64,000 nucleotides of DNA from Scyliorhinus canicula (GCF_902713615.1 NC_052158.1:52856823-52920822), one strand, 5' to 3'; shown: positions 36,105 to 51,000, counted from the stretch's first letter. Notes: a model not told the origin generated them from the letters alone. Numbers and translations: made by a program.

Positions 36105-39100
36105 TTTAAAAAAAAATGCTTTTATTACAGATTACCTTTTAAACACAACAAAAATAGAAATACACAGTTCTGTACAAACACGTTACAGTTAACGTGCATT
36201 TGAGTTAGCCTCCAACACCCCACCCCGCCTTGCTCTCCCCAAACCCCTCCCCTTTCTCTTATATATTATGTTCTCAATATTGGTTTTCATTGCCATTCAT
36301 AATAGGGTTGTTTGACGACACACAGATTACATCCTGCTTGGGTATACCACATCGGCTGCCTGTGCTTCCAAACGTTCTCTCGGGGGCCGCATAGGGTGTG
36401 GTCGGCCTATGTGCCTCCTTACTTTCTCCAACCCCCCCTCCCTTCCTGTTGCTGTTTGTGGGGCCCCCTCCCCTTTGCTCTATTGGTTGTTGGCTACAAA
36501 CATGTCCTGGAACAGGTTTGTGAATGGCCTCCATATCTTGTGGAAGCCCTCTTCCGACCCCCAGATGGTGAATTTGAAGAAATTCCCACAGGTCTGCCAG
36601 CCAGTCTGCAGCTTTGGGTAGTGCTGCTGATCGCCAGCCAAGCAGGATTCTCTGGCAGATGATTAGGGAGGCAAAGGCTATGGTGTCGGCCCCATTCCCC
36701 ATAAAAAGTTCTGGTTGACCTGATACCTCAAAGACTGCCACTTTTGGGCACAGCTCCACTCTCACCCCCACAACCTTGGACATTGTGTTGAAGAAGGCTG
36801 TCCAGAACCTGACAAGTTTGGGGCATGCCCCAGAATATGTGGGCGTGGTTGGCGGGGCCTCCCTGGCACCGCTCACATTTGTCCTCCACATCCGGGAAGA
36901 ATCTGTTCATTCGGGCTCTGGTTAGGTGTACTCTATATACCAGTCGCATTCAGCTTAGCCTTGCGCATGTGGAGTTGACCCTGTTCAGTGCTTCGCTCCA
37001 GTGTCCCCACCCTATTTCAAACCCTAGCTCCTGAGGTGAATGTAATTCACACTGTAATATATATACCATATTATTGTAAGCGCAGTTACATTGCCCGACC
37101 ACTAGGGGGAGTAGCACTGGGAATGCATAGGAGTTTGTACAGGGCTCCACCCTTGGCTCCGCCCACGGCTCCTCCCCTGAACTGCTGTATAAAGATCGAT
37201 GCCCAGAGCCAGCCGACCAGTTCATCCAGGGTTCATCGTGTTACTGGCTGGCTCTGTTGTAAGTAGATTAAAACCACTATTCATATCTTAAAGCACGTGT
37301 CTCGTGAATTGATGGTCTCAACAATTTAATCTACTTAAGAAACAGTAAGGAACAATCATGGAATCAGCCCTCAAGCCTGAGCGATTGGAACTTGACCCAC
37401 AGGATGCAGAGGCAAAATAAATCTTTTCGCATTGGCTCCAATGTTTTAAGGCCTACCTGGCTGAAGCAAGCACAGCTGAAACGATGGAGGAACAGAAACT
37501 TAGCCTACTGCACGCGAGGGTAAGCCACAGAATTTCCACTCAACTAAATTGTACCAGCTCATATACTGAAGCCCTAGCGCTACTTGACAAAATGTATGTG
37601 AGGCCTGTAAATGAGGTCTATGCGCGACACGTGTTTACTACTCGCCGCCAGCGGCCTACGGAATCACTAGAAGAATTCCTCAGAGAACTAAAAACTCTAT
37701 CTCGGGACTGTAACTATCAGGCTGTAACTGCTGCAGAGCATAGAGACCTTGCTGTCCGCGATGTCTTTGTTGCAGGCCTGAGATCAAATTACGTGCGCCA
37801 GCGACTGCTGGAAAAGGGGGCCCAAAATCTTGAAGATACTGTTGAACTTGCTACGACTATGGAGGTCTCATTTCGCAGCCTCACCTCGTTCCCCGCGGAC
37901 CCCGCGACCCGCCATGGGCCCCCGACCAGCAACTCCTCCAGGCCTCCAGGGGCAGCAGGGTAGCATGGTGGTTAGCATAAATGCTTCACAGCTCCAGGGT
38001 CCCAGGTTCGATTCCCGAGCTGGGTCACTGTCTGTGTGGAGTCTGCACGTCCTCCCCCTGTGTGCGTGGGTTTCCTCCGGGTGCTCCGGTTTCCTCCCGC
38101 AGTCCAAAGATGTGCGGGTTAGGTGGATTGGCCAGGCTAAATTGCCCGTAGTGTCCTAATTAAAAGTAAGGTTAAGAGGGGGGTTGTTGGGTTACGGGTA
38201 TAGGGTGGATACGTGGGTTTGAGTAGGGTGATCATGGCTCGGCACAACATTGAGGGCCGAAGGGCCTGTTCTGTGCTGTACTGTTCTATGTCTATGTCTA
38301 TGCCTGCGCCACGCGGCCACCCAGCCACAATGCTGCCCCAGCCTGCAACTTTTGTGGCCAGCCCCAGCACCCGCGGCAGCACTGCCCGGCCCGCAACGCG
38401 ACGTGCAGCAGCTGCGGGCGAAAAGGACACTATGCCAGATTGTGTCTGGCGAAGAAAGCCCCAGCCTCTAACCCTCCCACGGCTCAAAGCACTCGTTCCC
38501 CGAATTCACAGGCCCGCAGGCCTCGAAGTGCTGCAGCCTGTATGCCGACTCCGCCCCCACCCAACATGTGCGTCTCATGGGGGTGGCCATCTTGGCAATC
38601 CACCTCCATGCGGCCGGCCATGTGCGACTCATGGGGGCAGCCATCTTGGGATCCACCCCATTCAAACTCTGAAACTTACCTCGACGACTACGAACTCAGA
38701 GGGCGGTCATCACGGGGCCACTCCAGCACAGCTGATCGAGCCGCCGACTACCCGCAACTCAGCGCAGTCACACTGGACCAATCGCGCCCAAAGCACCTCC
38801 ACAACTCGATGGCGATGGTCCAAATCAACGGGTACAACGCGCCGTGCCTTTTCGACTCCGGGAGCACTGAGAGCTTCGTACACCCAGATCTGGTAAGACG
38901 CTGTTCGCTCCCCGTTTTCCCTGCACAGCAAACTATCTCCCTCGCTTCGGGCTCCCACTCTGTTCAGATCCAAGGGTGCACCACCGTGACTCTCACAATC
39001 CAAGGCGCTAGCTATTCTAACTTCCAACTCTACGTCCTGCCCGAACTCTGCGCCTCACTCTTATTGGGACTCGATTTTCAATGTAATCTCAAGAGTCTCA

Positions 39101-42100
39101 CCCTCAGTTTCACCGGACCCCTACCCCCACTCACTATCTGCAGCCTGGCCACGTTGCGAATCTCCCCCCCTCCTCTCTTTGCCAACCTCACCCCGGACTG
39201 TAAACCCGTAGCCACTCGCAGCAGGCGATGCAGCCGACAGGACAGGGTGTTCATCCGATCGGAGGGGATCATAGAGGCCAGCAACAGCCCCTGGAGAGCT
39301 CAGGTGGTGGTCGTCAAGACCGGGGAAAAATTCCGCATGGTCATAGACTATAGTCAGACCATTAATAGGTTTACGCTCCTCGACGCATACCCCCTCCCCA
39401 GGATTGCAGACATGGTTAACCAGATCGCCCAGTATCGGATTTTTTCCACGGTGGATCTGAAGTCTGCATACCACCAGCTCCCAATCCACCCGGAGATCCG
39501 CCACTACACGGCATTCGAGGCGGATGGCCGCCTCTTCCATTTCCTCCGGGTTCCCTTCGGCGTCACAAATGGGGTTTCGGTGTTCCAACGAGCAATGGAC
39601 CGAATGGTGGACCAGTACGGGCTACGGGCCACATTCCCGTACTTGGATAACATTACCATCTGTGGCTATGACCAGCAGAACCACGACGCCAACCTCTACC
39701 GTTTTCTCCAGACGGCTCAGAAACTAAATCTAACAGGAGAAATGCGTTTTCCGCACGACCAGATATGCCGTGGAAAACGGAGTCCTGGGCCCCGACCCGG
39801 ACCGTATGCTCTTAGAAGTCCCTCTCCCTCATTGTCCCAAGGCCCTCAAACAGTGCTTGGGATTTTTTTTCCTATTACGCCCAGTGGGTCCCTCAATATG
39901 CGGACAAAGCCCGCCCACTCTTTAAGGCCACACTATTTCCCCTGTCAGCTGAGGTGCGCCAGGCCTTCAACTGCATCAAGGAGGACATCGCCAAAGCGGC
40001 CATGCGGGCGGTGGATGAATCCACTCCATTCCAGGTTGAGAGCGATGCCTCAGAGGTAGCTCTTGCAGCCACATTAAATCAGGCAGGGAGACCAGTCGCA
40101 TTTTTCTCCCGAAACCTCTCTGCTTCGGAACTCCGACACTCGGCAGTCGAAAAGGAAGCACAAGCCATTGTGGAGGCTATTCGTCACTGGAGGCACTACC
40201 TCGCAGGTAGGAGGTTCACCCTCATCACCGACCAAAGATTGGTTGCCTTCATGTTCGACAACTCGCAAAGGGGCAAAATTAAAAACGATAAAATTCTGCG
40301 GTGGAGGATCGAAGTCACCACCTATAGCTACGATATTAAATATCGACCGGGGAAGCTCAACGAGCCCCCAGATGCCCTATCCCGCGGGACGTGTGCCAGC
40401 GCACAGAGCGACCGCCTAAAAGTCATCCACAACGACCTCTGCCACCCGGGGGTCACCCTGCTCGCCCACTACATCAAAGCCCGAAATCTGCCTTTCTCCA
40501 CTGAGGAGGTAAAAGCTGTCACCAGAGACTGCCCGATCTGTGCGGAGTGCAAACCGCACTTCTATAGACCAGACAGGGCCCACCTGGTCAAGGCTTCTAG
40601 GCCCTTTGAACGCCTCGCGATCAATTTCAAAGGGCCACTCCCCTCAACTAACAGGAACGTTTACTTCCTAAACGTTATAGACGAGTTCTCCCGCTTCCCC
40701 TTTGCTATCCCATGCCCTGATATGACCTCCCACACAGTCATTAGGGCCCTGCATAGTATCTTCACCCTGTTTGGTTTCCCCAGATACGTGCACAGCGACC
40801 GGGGTTCGTCCTTCATGAGCGACGATCTGCGTCAGTACCTGCTCGACAAGGGCATCGCCTCGAGCAGGACTACCAGCTACAACCCCAGGGGGAACGGGCA
40901 GGTGGAGAGGGAGAACGCGTCGGTCTGGAAGACCGTCCTACTGACCCTCCGGTCCAGGAATCTCCCAGTCTCCCATTGGCAGGATGTCCTTCCAGACGCG
41001 CTCCACGCCATTAGGTCCCTCTTATGCACCGCGACCAATCAGACCCCTCACGAGCGGCTCTTTCGTTTTTCCAGGGGCACTACCACGGGAGTCTCTCTCC
41101 CGGCATGGCTGAAGACACCGGGCCCCGTACTCCACAGGAAGCACGTAAGGGCGCACAAAACTGACCCCCTTGTAGAGAAGGTGCGCCTGCTTCACTCAAA
41201 TCCCCAGTACGCCTTCGTAGAGCTCCCTGACGGCCGTCAGGACACGGTATCCCTCCGGGATCTAGTACCCGCAGGATCCAGCATCCCCACTATCACTGCA
41301 CAGGTCACTCTACACCCCACCCAGCCGCCCCCTCGCGCTCCTGAGCCCACTAGCTCGCTACAATTGTTTCGCGCACCCACACCGGCTAGCTCCCAGCGCC
41401 CCCAGTCCCCAGTCGAACCAGACGTGTATGGAGCTCGGATGCAATCGCCCCCGGAGTCCGCCATCGTACCCCAACCCACAACACCCATCCAGCCACCACA
41501 AGAGGCTGCAAACCCGGTGCTCCGCAGATCACAGCGGACGACTCGACTACCGGACAGACTCAATTTGTGAACCACCACACCCGCCGGACTTGATTTTTTG
41601 TAGGGGGTGAATGTGGTGAATGTAATTCACACTGTAATATATTATTGTAAGCGCAGTTGCGTTGCCCTACCACAAGGGGGAGTAGCACTGGGAATGCATA
41701 GGAGTTTGTACAGGGCTCCACCCTTGGCTCCGCCCACAGCTCCTCCCCCTGGACTGCTGTATAAAGATCGATGTCCAGTGCCAGCCGACCAGTTCATCCA
41801 GGGTTCATCGTGTTACAGGCTGGGTCTGTTGTAAGTAGATTAAAACCACTGTTCATATCTTAAAGCACGTATCTCGTGAATTGATGGTCTCATCAGCTCT
41901 TCCTTCCATTTTTCTCTTATTCTCTCGTGTCTTTTCCGAACAATCACCCGTATAGGTCTCCGCAATTTCCCCCTCCTAAGTTTGCCACGTCTAACAGTTC
42001 CTTCAGTAGTGTTTGTCTCGGCACCCATGGGCATGTCCTTGTTTTCCCTACGAAGGAAGCTTTTGACTTGTGTAAATCACAATTCATTCCTCCTGGCCAG

Positions 42101-43015
42101 TTGGAACTTCTCTGTCAGTTCGTCTCGTGTCGTCAGTCTGTTGTCTGTGTAGAAGTCACTAACTCTCAGTAGTCCCCCCTTCCTGTCTCCATCTTTTGAA
42201 GGTGGCACCCATGTTGGCTGGCGCGGACCTGTGATTGTTGCAGATGGGGACCATAGTGAGCATTTCGACCAGACTGGTCTTAATTGTTTCCACGTGGCTA
42301 CCACCCCTGGGCTTGGCTTGTAGGGATGGGAGCGCTGCTGTGGCCAGGGAATGGAGAAACAGCCCTGGAGATGAGGTGTCCTCTATTTTACCCATTCAGC
42401 TTGTGGTTCCTTTCCCCATCCCCTCACTATTTCTGCTGTGGCTGCCCAGTGGTAATATTTCAGGTTTGGGAGGGCCATGCTTCTAGTTCTTTGTCTAGCA
42501 CTTTTTTGAGAATCCTTGGGTTCCTCTTCCCCCACACAACATAGAACATAGAACATAGAACAGTACAGCACAGAACAGGCCCTTCGGCCCTCGATGTTGT
42601 GCCGAGCAATGATCACCCTACTCAAACCCACGTATCCACCCTATTCCCGTAACCCAACAACTCCCCCTTAACCTTACTTTTTAGGACACTACGGGCAATT
42701 TAGCATGGCCAATCCACATAACCCGCACATCTTTGGACTGTGGAAGGAAACCGGAGCACCCGGAGGAAACCCACACACACACGGGGAGGACGTGCAGACT
42801 CTGCACAGACAGTGACCCAGCCGGGAACCGAACCTGAGACCCTAGAGCTGTGAAGCATTTATGCTAACCACCATGCTACCGTGCTGCCCGTATAATGCCA
42901 TAATAATTTTTTCTACTGTGTTAAAGAAGGCCTTGGGGATGAAGATCAGGAGGAATCAAAACAGGAAGAGGAACATGGGCAGCAAATTCATTTTGATCGT
43001 CTGCACCCTTCCCGT
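36105..43015 (-). mobile_element. L1-clade LINE 3' part, split by a Gypsy element (37032-41895) and a V-SINE (42538-42890)
   Basis: ORF2 C-terminal motifs (RLVYRVHLTRARM..C..C..NHAH) continue on the far side of the Gypsy element (PNLKYYHWAA). Confidence 0.85.
37032..41895 (+). mobile_element. Near full-length Gypsy LTR retrotransposon with paired LTRs
   Basis: LTRs 37032-37323 and 41612-41895 (TG...CA); PPT-like agggggtgaa; probable 5-bp TSD GCTCC/GCTCT. gag; FDSGS protease; YLDN RT; ESDAS RNase H; HCC zinc finger and HSDRG integrase. Frameshifts near 39740-39950; V-SINE in gag at ~37950-38302. Confidence 0.95.
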
Positions 43016-43145
43016 CAGGCAGAGTGGGAGTGTGTCAGAGGCGGCGGAGGAGGATTCTGGGAGAAATCACCTCAGTCACCTTAACTGCACTGTGGGTACC
43101 CGAAGAACCCCTCCAGTGACAAACAGGAAGAATACAGGAAGAAAC

Positions 43146-43495
43146 AGGGCAGCACGGTAGCATGGTGGTTAGCACAATTGCTTCACAGTTCCAGGGTCCC
43201 AGGTTCGATTCCCGGCTTGGATCACTGTCTGTGTGGAGTCTGCACGTTCTCCCCGTGTGTGTGTGGGTTTCCTCCGGGTGTTCCGGTTTCCTCCCACAGT
43301 CCAAAGATGTGCAGGTTAGGTGGATTGGCCATGATAAATTGCCCTTAGTGTCCAAAATTGCCCTTAGTGTTGGGTCGGGTTACTGGGTTATTGGAATAGG
43401 GTGGAGGTGTGGGCTTGGGTAGGATGCTCTTTCAAAGAGCCGGAGCAGACTCGATGGGCCGAACGGCCTCCTTCTGCGCTGTAAATTCGATGATA
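43146..43495 (+). mobile_element. V-SINE (HE1-like)
   Basis: tRNA head, V-domain and CR1-like tail. Confidence 0.9.
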
Positions 43496-43499
43496 AGAT

Positions 43500-45070
43500 C
43501 ATGATCCAGTGGAGGCGGCAGAAGAGGATTCTGGGAGAAGTAAACTCAGTCACCTTGACTGTACTGTGGGTAGCCGAAGAGGTGGGATCAAAGAACGTTT
43601 AAGCCCAAAACACTAGATTAGTGTTTCCCTCCCTCCCTCCTCCTCTAACCTAAAAAAAGGCATTGTGAAGAGACAAGTAGGATATCACAGCCAGCAGATT
43701 AATTCTGGGAGAAGTCAACTCAGTCACCTCGATTGTACTGTGGGTAGCCGAACATAGAACATAGAACAGTACAGCACAGAACAGGCCCTTCGGCCCTTGA
43801 TGTTGTGCCGAGCAATGATCACCCTACTTAAACCAAAGTGACAAACAAGACCGACGTCCAGCAGAGGCAGCAGAAGAGGATTCTGGGAGAAGTCAACTCA
43901 GTCACCTCAACCAGCAGGAAGTAATTGGTTGGTGACTGGTTTTCTCTTGACATTGTAGTTGTTGTTGTAAGCTAACTTAAGGTTTAAGTGGCTTGAGAGG
44001 CGGTGTAAGTGGGAGGGATTGAAATTCCTGGGACACCGGAACCAGTTCTGGGGGAGGTAGGATTAGTACAAACCAGATGGTCTGCACCTGGGCAGGACTG
44101 GAACCAATGTCCTCGGGGGTGTTGTGTGCTAGCGTTGGGGAGGGTTTAAACTAATGTGGCAGGGGGATGTAGGAAGTCAGAGGGAATTAAATTGTGGGCA
44201 GAAACAAAAAGCAGTAAGGGGAAAAGTGAATGGCAGAGAAACCAAAGTCAAAAATCAAAAAGGATCACAGTACAGAGACTGTGGGGAATTCAGTGAATGG
44301 GTTCAGTAAGACTATGAAAAATAAAACACAGGGAGAGTGCACAAAACATGGTCTGAGAATGCAGGGCAGAGGTCAAGGGAAGCCTAGATTAAACTGCATT
44401 TATTTCAATGCAAGAGGCCTGATGGGCAAGGCAGACGAACTCAGGGCATGGATGGGTACCTGGGACTGGGATATTATAGCTATTACTGAACCATGGCTAA
44501 GGGAGGGGCAGGACAATGTTCCAGGGTCCAGATGCTACAGGAAAGATAGGACAGGAGGTAAGAGGGGAGGGGGAGTTGCGTTTTTGATTAGGGAGAATAT
44601 CACAGAAGTACTGAGAGGGGATAGATCCGAGGGTTCTGTGTGGGTAGAACTGAAAAATAAGAAGGGAGAGATGACTTTGATAAGGTTGTACTACAGGCCC
44701 TCAAATAGTTAATGAGAAATTGAGGAGCAAATATGCAAGGAGATTGCAGAGAGCTGCGAGAAAAATAGTGTGGTAATAGGTAAAACTTCAATTTTCCCAA
44801 CATTGACTGGGACAGCCATACAATAGGGGCATGGCTGGAGGGAGATTTGTTGAGTGTATTCAGGAGGAATTTCTCATTTAGTATGTGGATGGCCCAACCT
44901 CCTTTTGAGAAATAAGGAAGGGCAGTAGTTAGTGAGGGACCACTTTTGGACCAGTGACCATAATTTCATGAGTTTTAAGATAACTATGGAGAATGATACT
45001 TCTGGCCCAAAAGTAAAATTGCTAATTTGGGGCAAGGCTAATTTTGATGGTATTCCACAGGAACTTTCAA
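43500..45070 (+). mobile_element. Degenerate CR1 5' region (repeated gaggcggcagaagaggattctgggagaagtcaactcagtcacct units; ORF1 end; endonuclease)
   Basis: LNCIYFNARGL..KADEL, IIAITEPWL, GGGVAFLI and YYRPSNS APE motifs. Confidence 0.8.
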
Positions 45071-45071
45071 A

Positions 45072-47520
45072 AGTTTTTTTTATAAAATGTTTTTGATTGA
45101 CTTTTAATATTTTATATCCAACAAATTACAAATTATTAGAAAAAAAAAACAGCAAAAATTAACATGTATATTTACAGGTAAGCATCTTCATAACAACAAC
45201 TGTGGCCGCCCCCTTTAGCCGGCATACATATTTTACATTCCCCAATATGGCCGAGGCACATGTTTCTAGGCATTTATTTACAGTTTGGTTTTGGGCCTTA
45301 GCTAGCCATCAAACCCCCATAACGAACCCGTAGCCCCCCCCCCCCCCCCGATTCCCGTCCATTTTCCCCTGATTCTTGGCCACCCGACTATTCTTCCTCT
45401 TGTACGTTGTCCACAAACAGGTCCCGGAACAATTGCATGAATGGCTCCCATGTTCTGTGGAAGCCGTCGTCTGACCCTCGGATGGCGAATTTGATTTTCT
45501 CCATTTGGAGAGATTCCGAGAGGTCGGACAGCCAGCCTGCAGCTCTGGGCGGTGCTGCTGACCGCCAGCCAAACAGGATTCTACGGCGGGCCATCAGGGA
45601 GGCAAAGGCAAGGGCGTCCGCCCTCCTCCCCAGGAATAGATCTGGCTGGTCTGAAACCCCAAAGACCGCCACTATCGGGCATGGCTCCACCCTCGCCCCC
45701 ACCACTTTGGTCCAGTACTCCACAAGTCTGGGGCAAGACCAGAACATGTGGGCGTGGTTGGCCGGGCCTCTTTGGCACGTTCACCTGTCCTCCACCTCCG
45801 GGAAGAACCTACTCATACGGTTTCTTGTTAAGTGGGCTCGATGTACCACTTTTAGTTGCGTCAGGCTGAGCCTTGCGCACGTGGAGGTGGAGTTGACCCT
45901 ATGCAGTGCTTCGCTCCAGAGTCCCCACCCTATCTCCATCCCCAGGTCGTCCTCCCATTTCATTCTTGTTGCGTCCAGTACGGTGTCGTCCCTTTCTACC
46001 AGTCGGTCATACATGTCGCTACAGTTCCCTTTCTCTAGGATACTTGCGTCCAGTAGGTCTTTCAGTAGTGTCTGTCGTGGCGGTTGTGGGTACGTCCTTG
46101 TCTCCTTTCGTAGGAAGTTTTTGAGCTGCAGGTACTGTAGCTCGTTCCCCCCAGCTAGCCGAAATTTCTCTGTCAGTTCGTCCAGTGTTGCGATCCTGTG
46201 ATCCGTGTATAGGTCCCTGACTGTCAGTGTCCCCTCGTCCTGCCTCCACCTTTTGAAGGTGGCGTCAGTCAGTGCTGGTGTGAACCTATGGTTGTTACAG
46301 ATGGGAGCCTTGTCCGACATTCTGGTCAGGCCAAATTGCTGCCGCAGTTGGTTCCAGGATTGGAGGGTGGCTGTCACCACTGGGCTGCTGGAGTGTTTTT
46401 TGGGTGGGGATGGGAGTGCTGCCGTGGCGAGGGCCCGGAGGGAGGTCCCCATGCAGGGGGCCTCCTCCGCACGCAGCCACTCTGCTTCTGGCTCCTGGAT
46501 CCATCCCCTTACTCGCTCGGCTGCTGCTGCCCAGTGGTAGAATTGTAGATTCGGGAGGGCTAGCCCCCCCCTGGATTTTGTTTTTTGTAGGACCCTCTTT
46601 GGGATCCTAGCATTTTTACCCCCCCCATACGAACGCCATGATAAGTTTGTCCAGCACTTTGAAAAAGGCCTTGGGGATGTAGATCGGAATGGATCTAAAC
46701 AGGAAGAGGAACCTGGGCAGTACGTTCATTTTGATCGTCTGGACTCTCCCCGCGAGGGAGAGCGGGAGTGTGTTCCATCTTTGCAGGTCCTTTTTTACTT
46801 CCTCCGTCAGGCTGGTGAGGTTCCATTTGTGGATCCCTTTCCAGTTATGGGCTATTTGGATCCCCAGGTAGTGGAATTTGTGTCGGGCTTGTTTGAACGG
46901 CAGCCCTTTAGTGCTGCCCCTCCCCCCCCCCCCCCCCCCCCCCCCCTTGCGGGTGTACTGGGAAGATCTCGCTTTTGCTCATGTTGAGTTTGTAGCCCGA
47001 GAAGGCTCCAAACTCTTTCGCGATGATTCCGTCCATGCTGCTTTGTGGGTCCGAGATGTAGAGGAGCAGATCATCTGCATAGAGTGAGACTCTGTGCTCT
47101 CTGCCTCCCCTTCGGATCCCCCTCCAATTTTTTGCTGCCCTGAGCGCGATTGCTAGCGGTTCGATTGCTAGTGCGAACAGCAGCTGGGACAGTGGGCATC
47201 CTTGTCTGGTGCCCCTGTGCAGCTGGAAGTATTGGGAGTTGGTATTGTTGGTCCGTTCACTCGCCATGGGAGCGTTGTATAGGAGCTTTACCCAAGCGGT
47301 GAACCCTGTTCCAAGCCAGAACCGCTCCAGTACCTCTATGAGCGGTATATCGACTCTATCGAAGGCCTTTTCTGCGTCCAGGGAGACGATCACCTCTTGT
47401 GTTCTCTCCCCGGAGGGGGTCATTATCACGTTCAGCAGGCGCCTGATGTTCGAGGTAAGCTGTCTACCTTTGACGAAGCCCGTCTGGTCCTCTGTGACCA
47501 CCTCAGGTACACAGTCTTCT
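45072..47520 (-). mobile_element. L1-clade LINE ORF2 3' half, frameshifted
   Basis: EDQTGFVKGR, SLDAEKAFDRV, RGTRQGCPLS, SLYADDLLLY; Cys-rich C-terminus. Confidence 0.92.
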
Positions 47521-47659
47521 AGCCATCCCCTATGGACAAGCCCTCCGTATACACAGGATCCGCTCAGATGATGGGTTTCAAGATGCCCTCGATGTGGCCA
47601 GAGAGGTCCCATTGCCTGAAACGATAGGACGGCCTGGTGTGTTGGCGACATCGAGGGCA

Positions 47660-48035
47660 TCTTGAAACCCATCGTACAAGGTACACCCAGCTTCTGTCGC
47701 GACACGACGGACTTCCTACAGAAACTCAGCACCCATGGACCAGTTGAACCAGGAACATTCCTCGTCACAATGGATGTCTCGGCACTCTACACCAGCATCC
47801 CCCATGACGACGGCATTGCTGCAACAGCCTCAGCCCTCAACACCGACAACTGCCAATCTCCAGATGCAATTCTGCAACTCACCCGCTTCATTCTAGATCA
47901 CAACGTCTTCACCTTCGACAACAAACTCTTCATCCAGATGCATGGAACAGCCATAGGGACCAAATTTGCACCTCAATATGCCAACATCTTCATGCACAAG
48001 TTTGAAAAAGACTTCCTCACCACACAGGACCTGCA
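47660..48035 (+). mobile_element. Penelope-like element RT fragment
   Basis: RDTTDFLQKL, LVTMDVSALYTSIPH, FTFDNKLFIQMHGTAIGTKFAPQYANIFM are typical PLE RT motifs. Confidence 0.9.
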
Positions 48036-51000
48036 GGTAATAAAATCATTACAGATCCAGAGAGAGGGATAATGGGATAATCACAGGTTAAAGATCTAAG
48101 ACAGGTTATCTTTAACCTGTGATTATCCCTCTCTCTGGATCAGTAATGATTTGATTACCTGCAAATGCTCGCATTCCAAGCATTGTCCACCATCTCTGAC
48201 TTTGTCTATATCCAGAGTGGGGATTGAAACTTGGTAATTTGGTGCAGTGAGGTAATTCGGTGCAGAGTGTGAGGAGGTGCTTTTTAACCCTGGTAAGTGA
48301 CTGGTAAGTAGTCTCTCTTTTTCTTTTCATTGTCTAATTTATTTATTTTTATTTTGAAATTCTAGTTGTTTAAGTTTACCAAGGGTTTAAGACACGGCAG
48401 GAGATCCCAGACCCGTGTCATGCTCCTCGTGTGCGATGTGGGAGCTCAGGGACACGTCCACTGTCCCTGGCTCCTTCACGTGCAAGAAGTGTATTCAGTT
48501 GCAGCACTTGTTAGACCGCTTGACGGCTCTGGAGCTGCGGATGGACTCACTTTGGAGCATCCGCGATGCTGAGGAGGTCGTGGATAGCACGTTTAGCGAG
48601 TTGGTCACACCGCAGGTGAAGGTTACTGAGGGAGATAGAAAATGGGTGACCAAAAGAAAGAGCAAGAGTAGGAAGGCAGTGCAGGTGTCCCCTGCGGTCA
48701 TCTCCCTGCAAAACAGATATACCGCTTTGGATACTGTTGAGGGAGATGGCTCACCAGGGGAAGGCAGCAGCAGCCAGGTTCATGGCACTGTGGCTGGCTC
48801 TGCTGCACAGCAGGGCAGGAAGAAAAATGGCAGGGTTATAGTGATAGGGGACTTGATCGTAAGGGGAATAGACAGGCGGTTCTGTGGACGCAATCGAGAC
48901 TCCAGGATGGTATGTTGCCACCCTGGTGCAAGGGTCAAGGATGTCTCGGAGCGGCTGCAGGACATTCTGGGGGGGGGGGGGGGGGGGGGGGGTAAACAGC
49001 CAGATGTTGTGGTGCACATAGGCACCAACGATATAGGTAAAAAACGGGATGAGGTCCTACAAGCGGAATTCAGGGAGTTAGGAGTTAAACTAAAAAGTAG
49101 GACCTCAAAGGTAGTAATCTCAGGATTGCTACCAGTGCCACGAGCTAGTCAGAGTAGGAATGTCAGGATAGATAGGATGAATGCGTGGCTCGAGAGATGG
49201 TGCAAGAGGGAGGGATTCAAATTTCTGGGGCATTGGGACCGGTTCTGGGGGAGGTGGGACCAGTACAAACCGGACGGTCTGCACCTGGGCAGGACTGGAA
49301 CCGATGTCCTGGGGGGGGGGGGGGGGGGGGGGTTTCTAGAGCTGTTGGGGAGGGTTTAAACTAATGTTGCAGGGGGATGGGAACCGATGCAGGAAGTTGG
49401 AAGGTAGTAAAACAGGGACAGAAACAAAAGGAAGTAAGGGGAAAAGTTCAAGGCAGAGAAGACATAGTCAATCTAAAAGGGCGACTGTAGAAGGTACGGA
49501 GACTGAGGGGAGCTCAGTGAATAGGCCCAGTAATAACAAAAGGAATAAACCTGGAGATGTTAAGATTCAAAACAGAGGTAAAAAAACCAACATAAGTGTA
49601 CTTTACCTGAATGCTCGTAGTATTCGGAATAAAGTAAATGAGTTGATGGCACAAATCATCGTGAATGACTATGATTTAGTGGCCATTACTGAAACATGGT
49701 TAAAGGATGGTCACGACTGGGAGTTAAATATCCGAGGGTATCAAACTATTCGGAAGGACAGAGTGGATGGTAAGGGAGGTGGTGTTGCTCTGTTATTTAA
49801 GGATGACATCCGGGCAATAGTAAGGGATGACATCGGTGCTATGGAGGATAAGGTTGAATCCATTTGGGTGGAAATCAGGAATAGAAAGGCGAAAAAGTCA
49901 CTGATAGGAGTAGTCTATCGGCCACCAAATAGTAACGAGATGGTGGGGCAGGCAATAAACAAAGAAATAACTGATGCATGTAGAAATGGTACAGCAGTTA
50001 TCATGGGGGATTTTAATCTACATGTCGATTGGTTTAACCAGGTCGGTCAAGGCAACCTTGAGGAGGAGTTTATAGAATGTATCCGCGATAGTTTCCTAGA
50101 ACAGTATGTAATGGAACCTACGAGGGAACAAGCGGTCCTAGATCTTGTCCTGTGTAATGAGACAGGATTGATTCATGATCTCATAGTTAGGGATCCTCTC
50201 AGAAGGAGCGATCACAATATGGTGGAATTTAAAATACAGATGGAGGGTGAGAAAGTAAAATCAAATACTAGTGTTTTGTGTTTAAACAAAGGAGATTACA
50301 AGGGGATGAGAGAAGAACTAGCTAAGGTAGACTGGGAGCTAAGACTTTATGGTGGAACAGTTGAGGAACAGTGGAGAACCTTCCAAGCGATTTTTCACAG
50401 TGCTCAGCAAAGGTTTATACCAACAAAAAGGAAGGACGGATGAAAGAGGGAAAATCGACCGTGGATATCTAAGGAAATAAGGGAGAGTATCAAATTGAAG
50501 GAAAAAGCATATAAAGTGGCAAAGATTGCTGGGAGATTAGAGGACTGGGAAATCTTTAGGGGGCAACAGAAAGCTACTAAAAAAGCTATAAAGAAGAGTA
50601 AGATAGAGTATGAGAGTAAACTTGCTCAGAATATAAAAACAGACAGTAAAAGTTTTTACAAATATATAAGACAAAAAAGAGTGGCTAAGGTAAATATTGG
50701 TCCTTTAGAGGATGAGAAGGGAGTTTTAATAATGGGAAATGAGGAAATGGCTGAGGAACTTAACAGGTTTTTTGGGTCGGTCTTCACAGTGGAAGACACA
50801 AATAACATGCCAGCGACTGATAGAAATGAGGCTATGACAGGTGAGGACCTTGAGAGGATTGTTATCACTAAGGAGGGAGTGATGGGCAAGCTAATGGGGC
50901 TAAAGGTAGACAAGTCTCCTGGCCCTGATGGAATGCATCCCAGAGTGCTAAAAGAGATGGCTAGGGAAATTGCAGATGCACTAGTGATAATTTACCGAAA

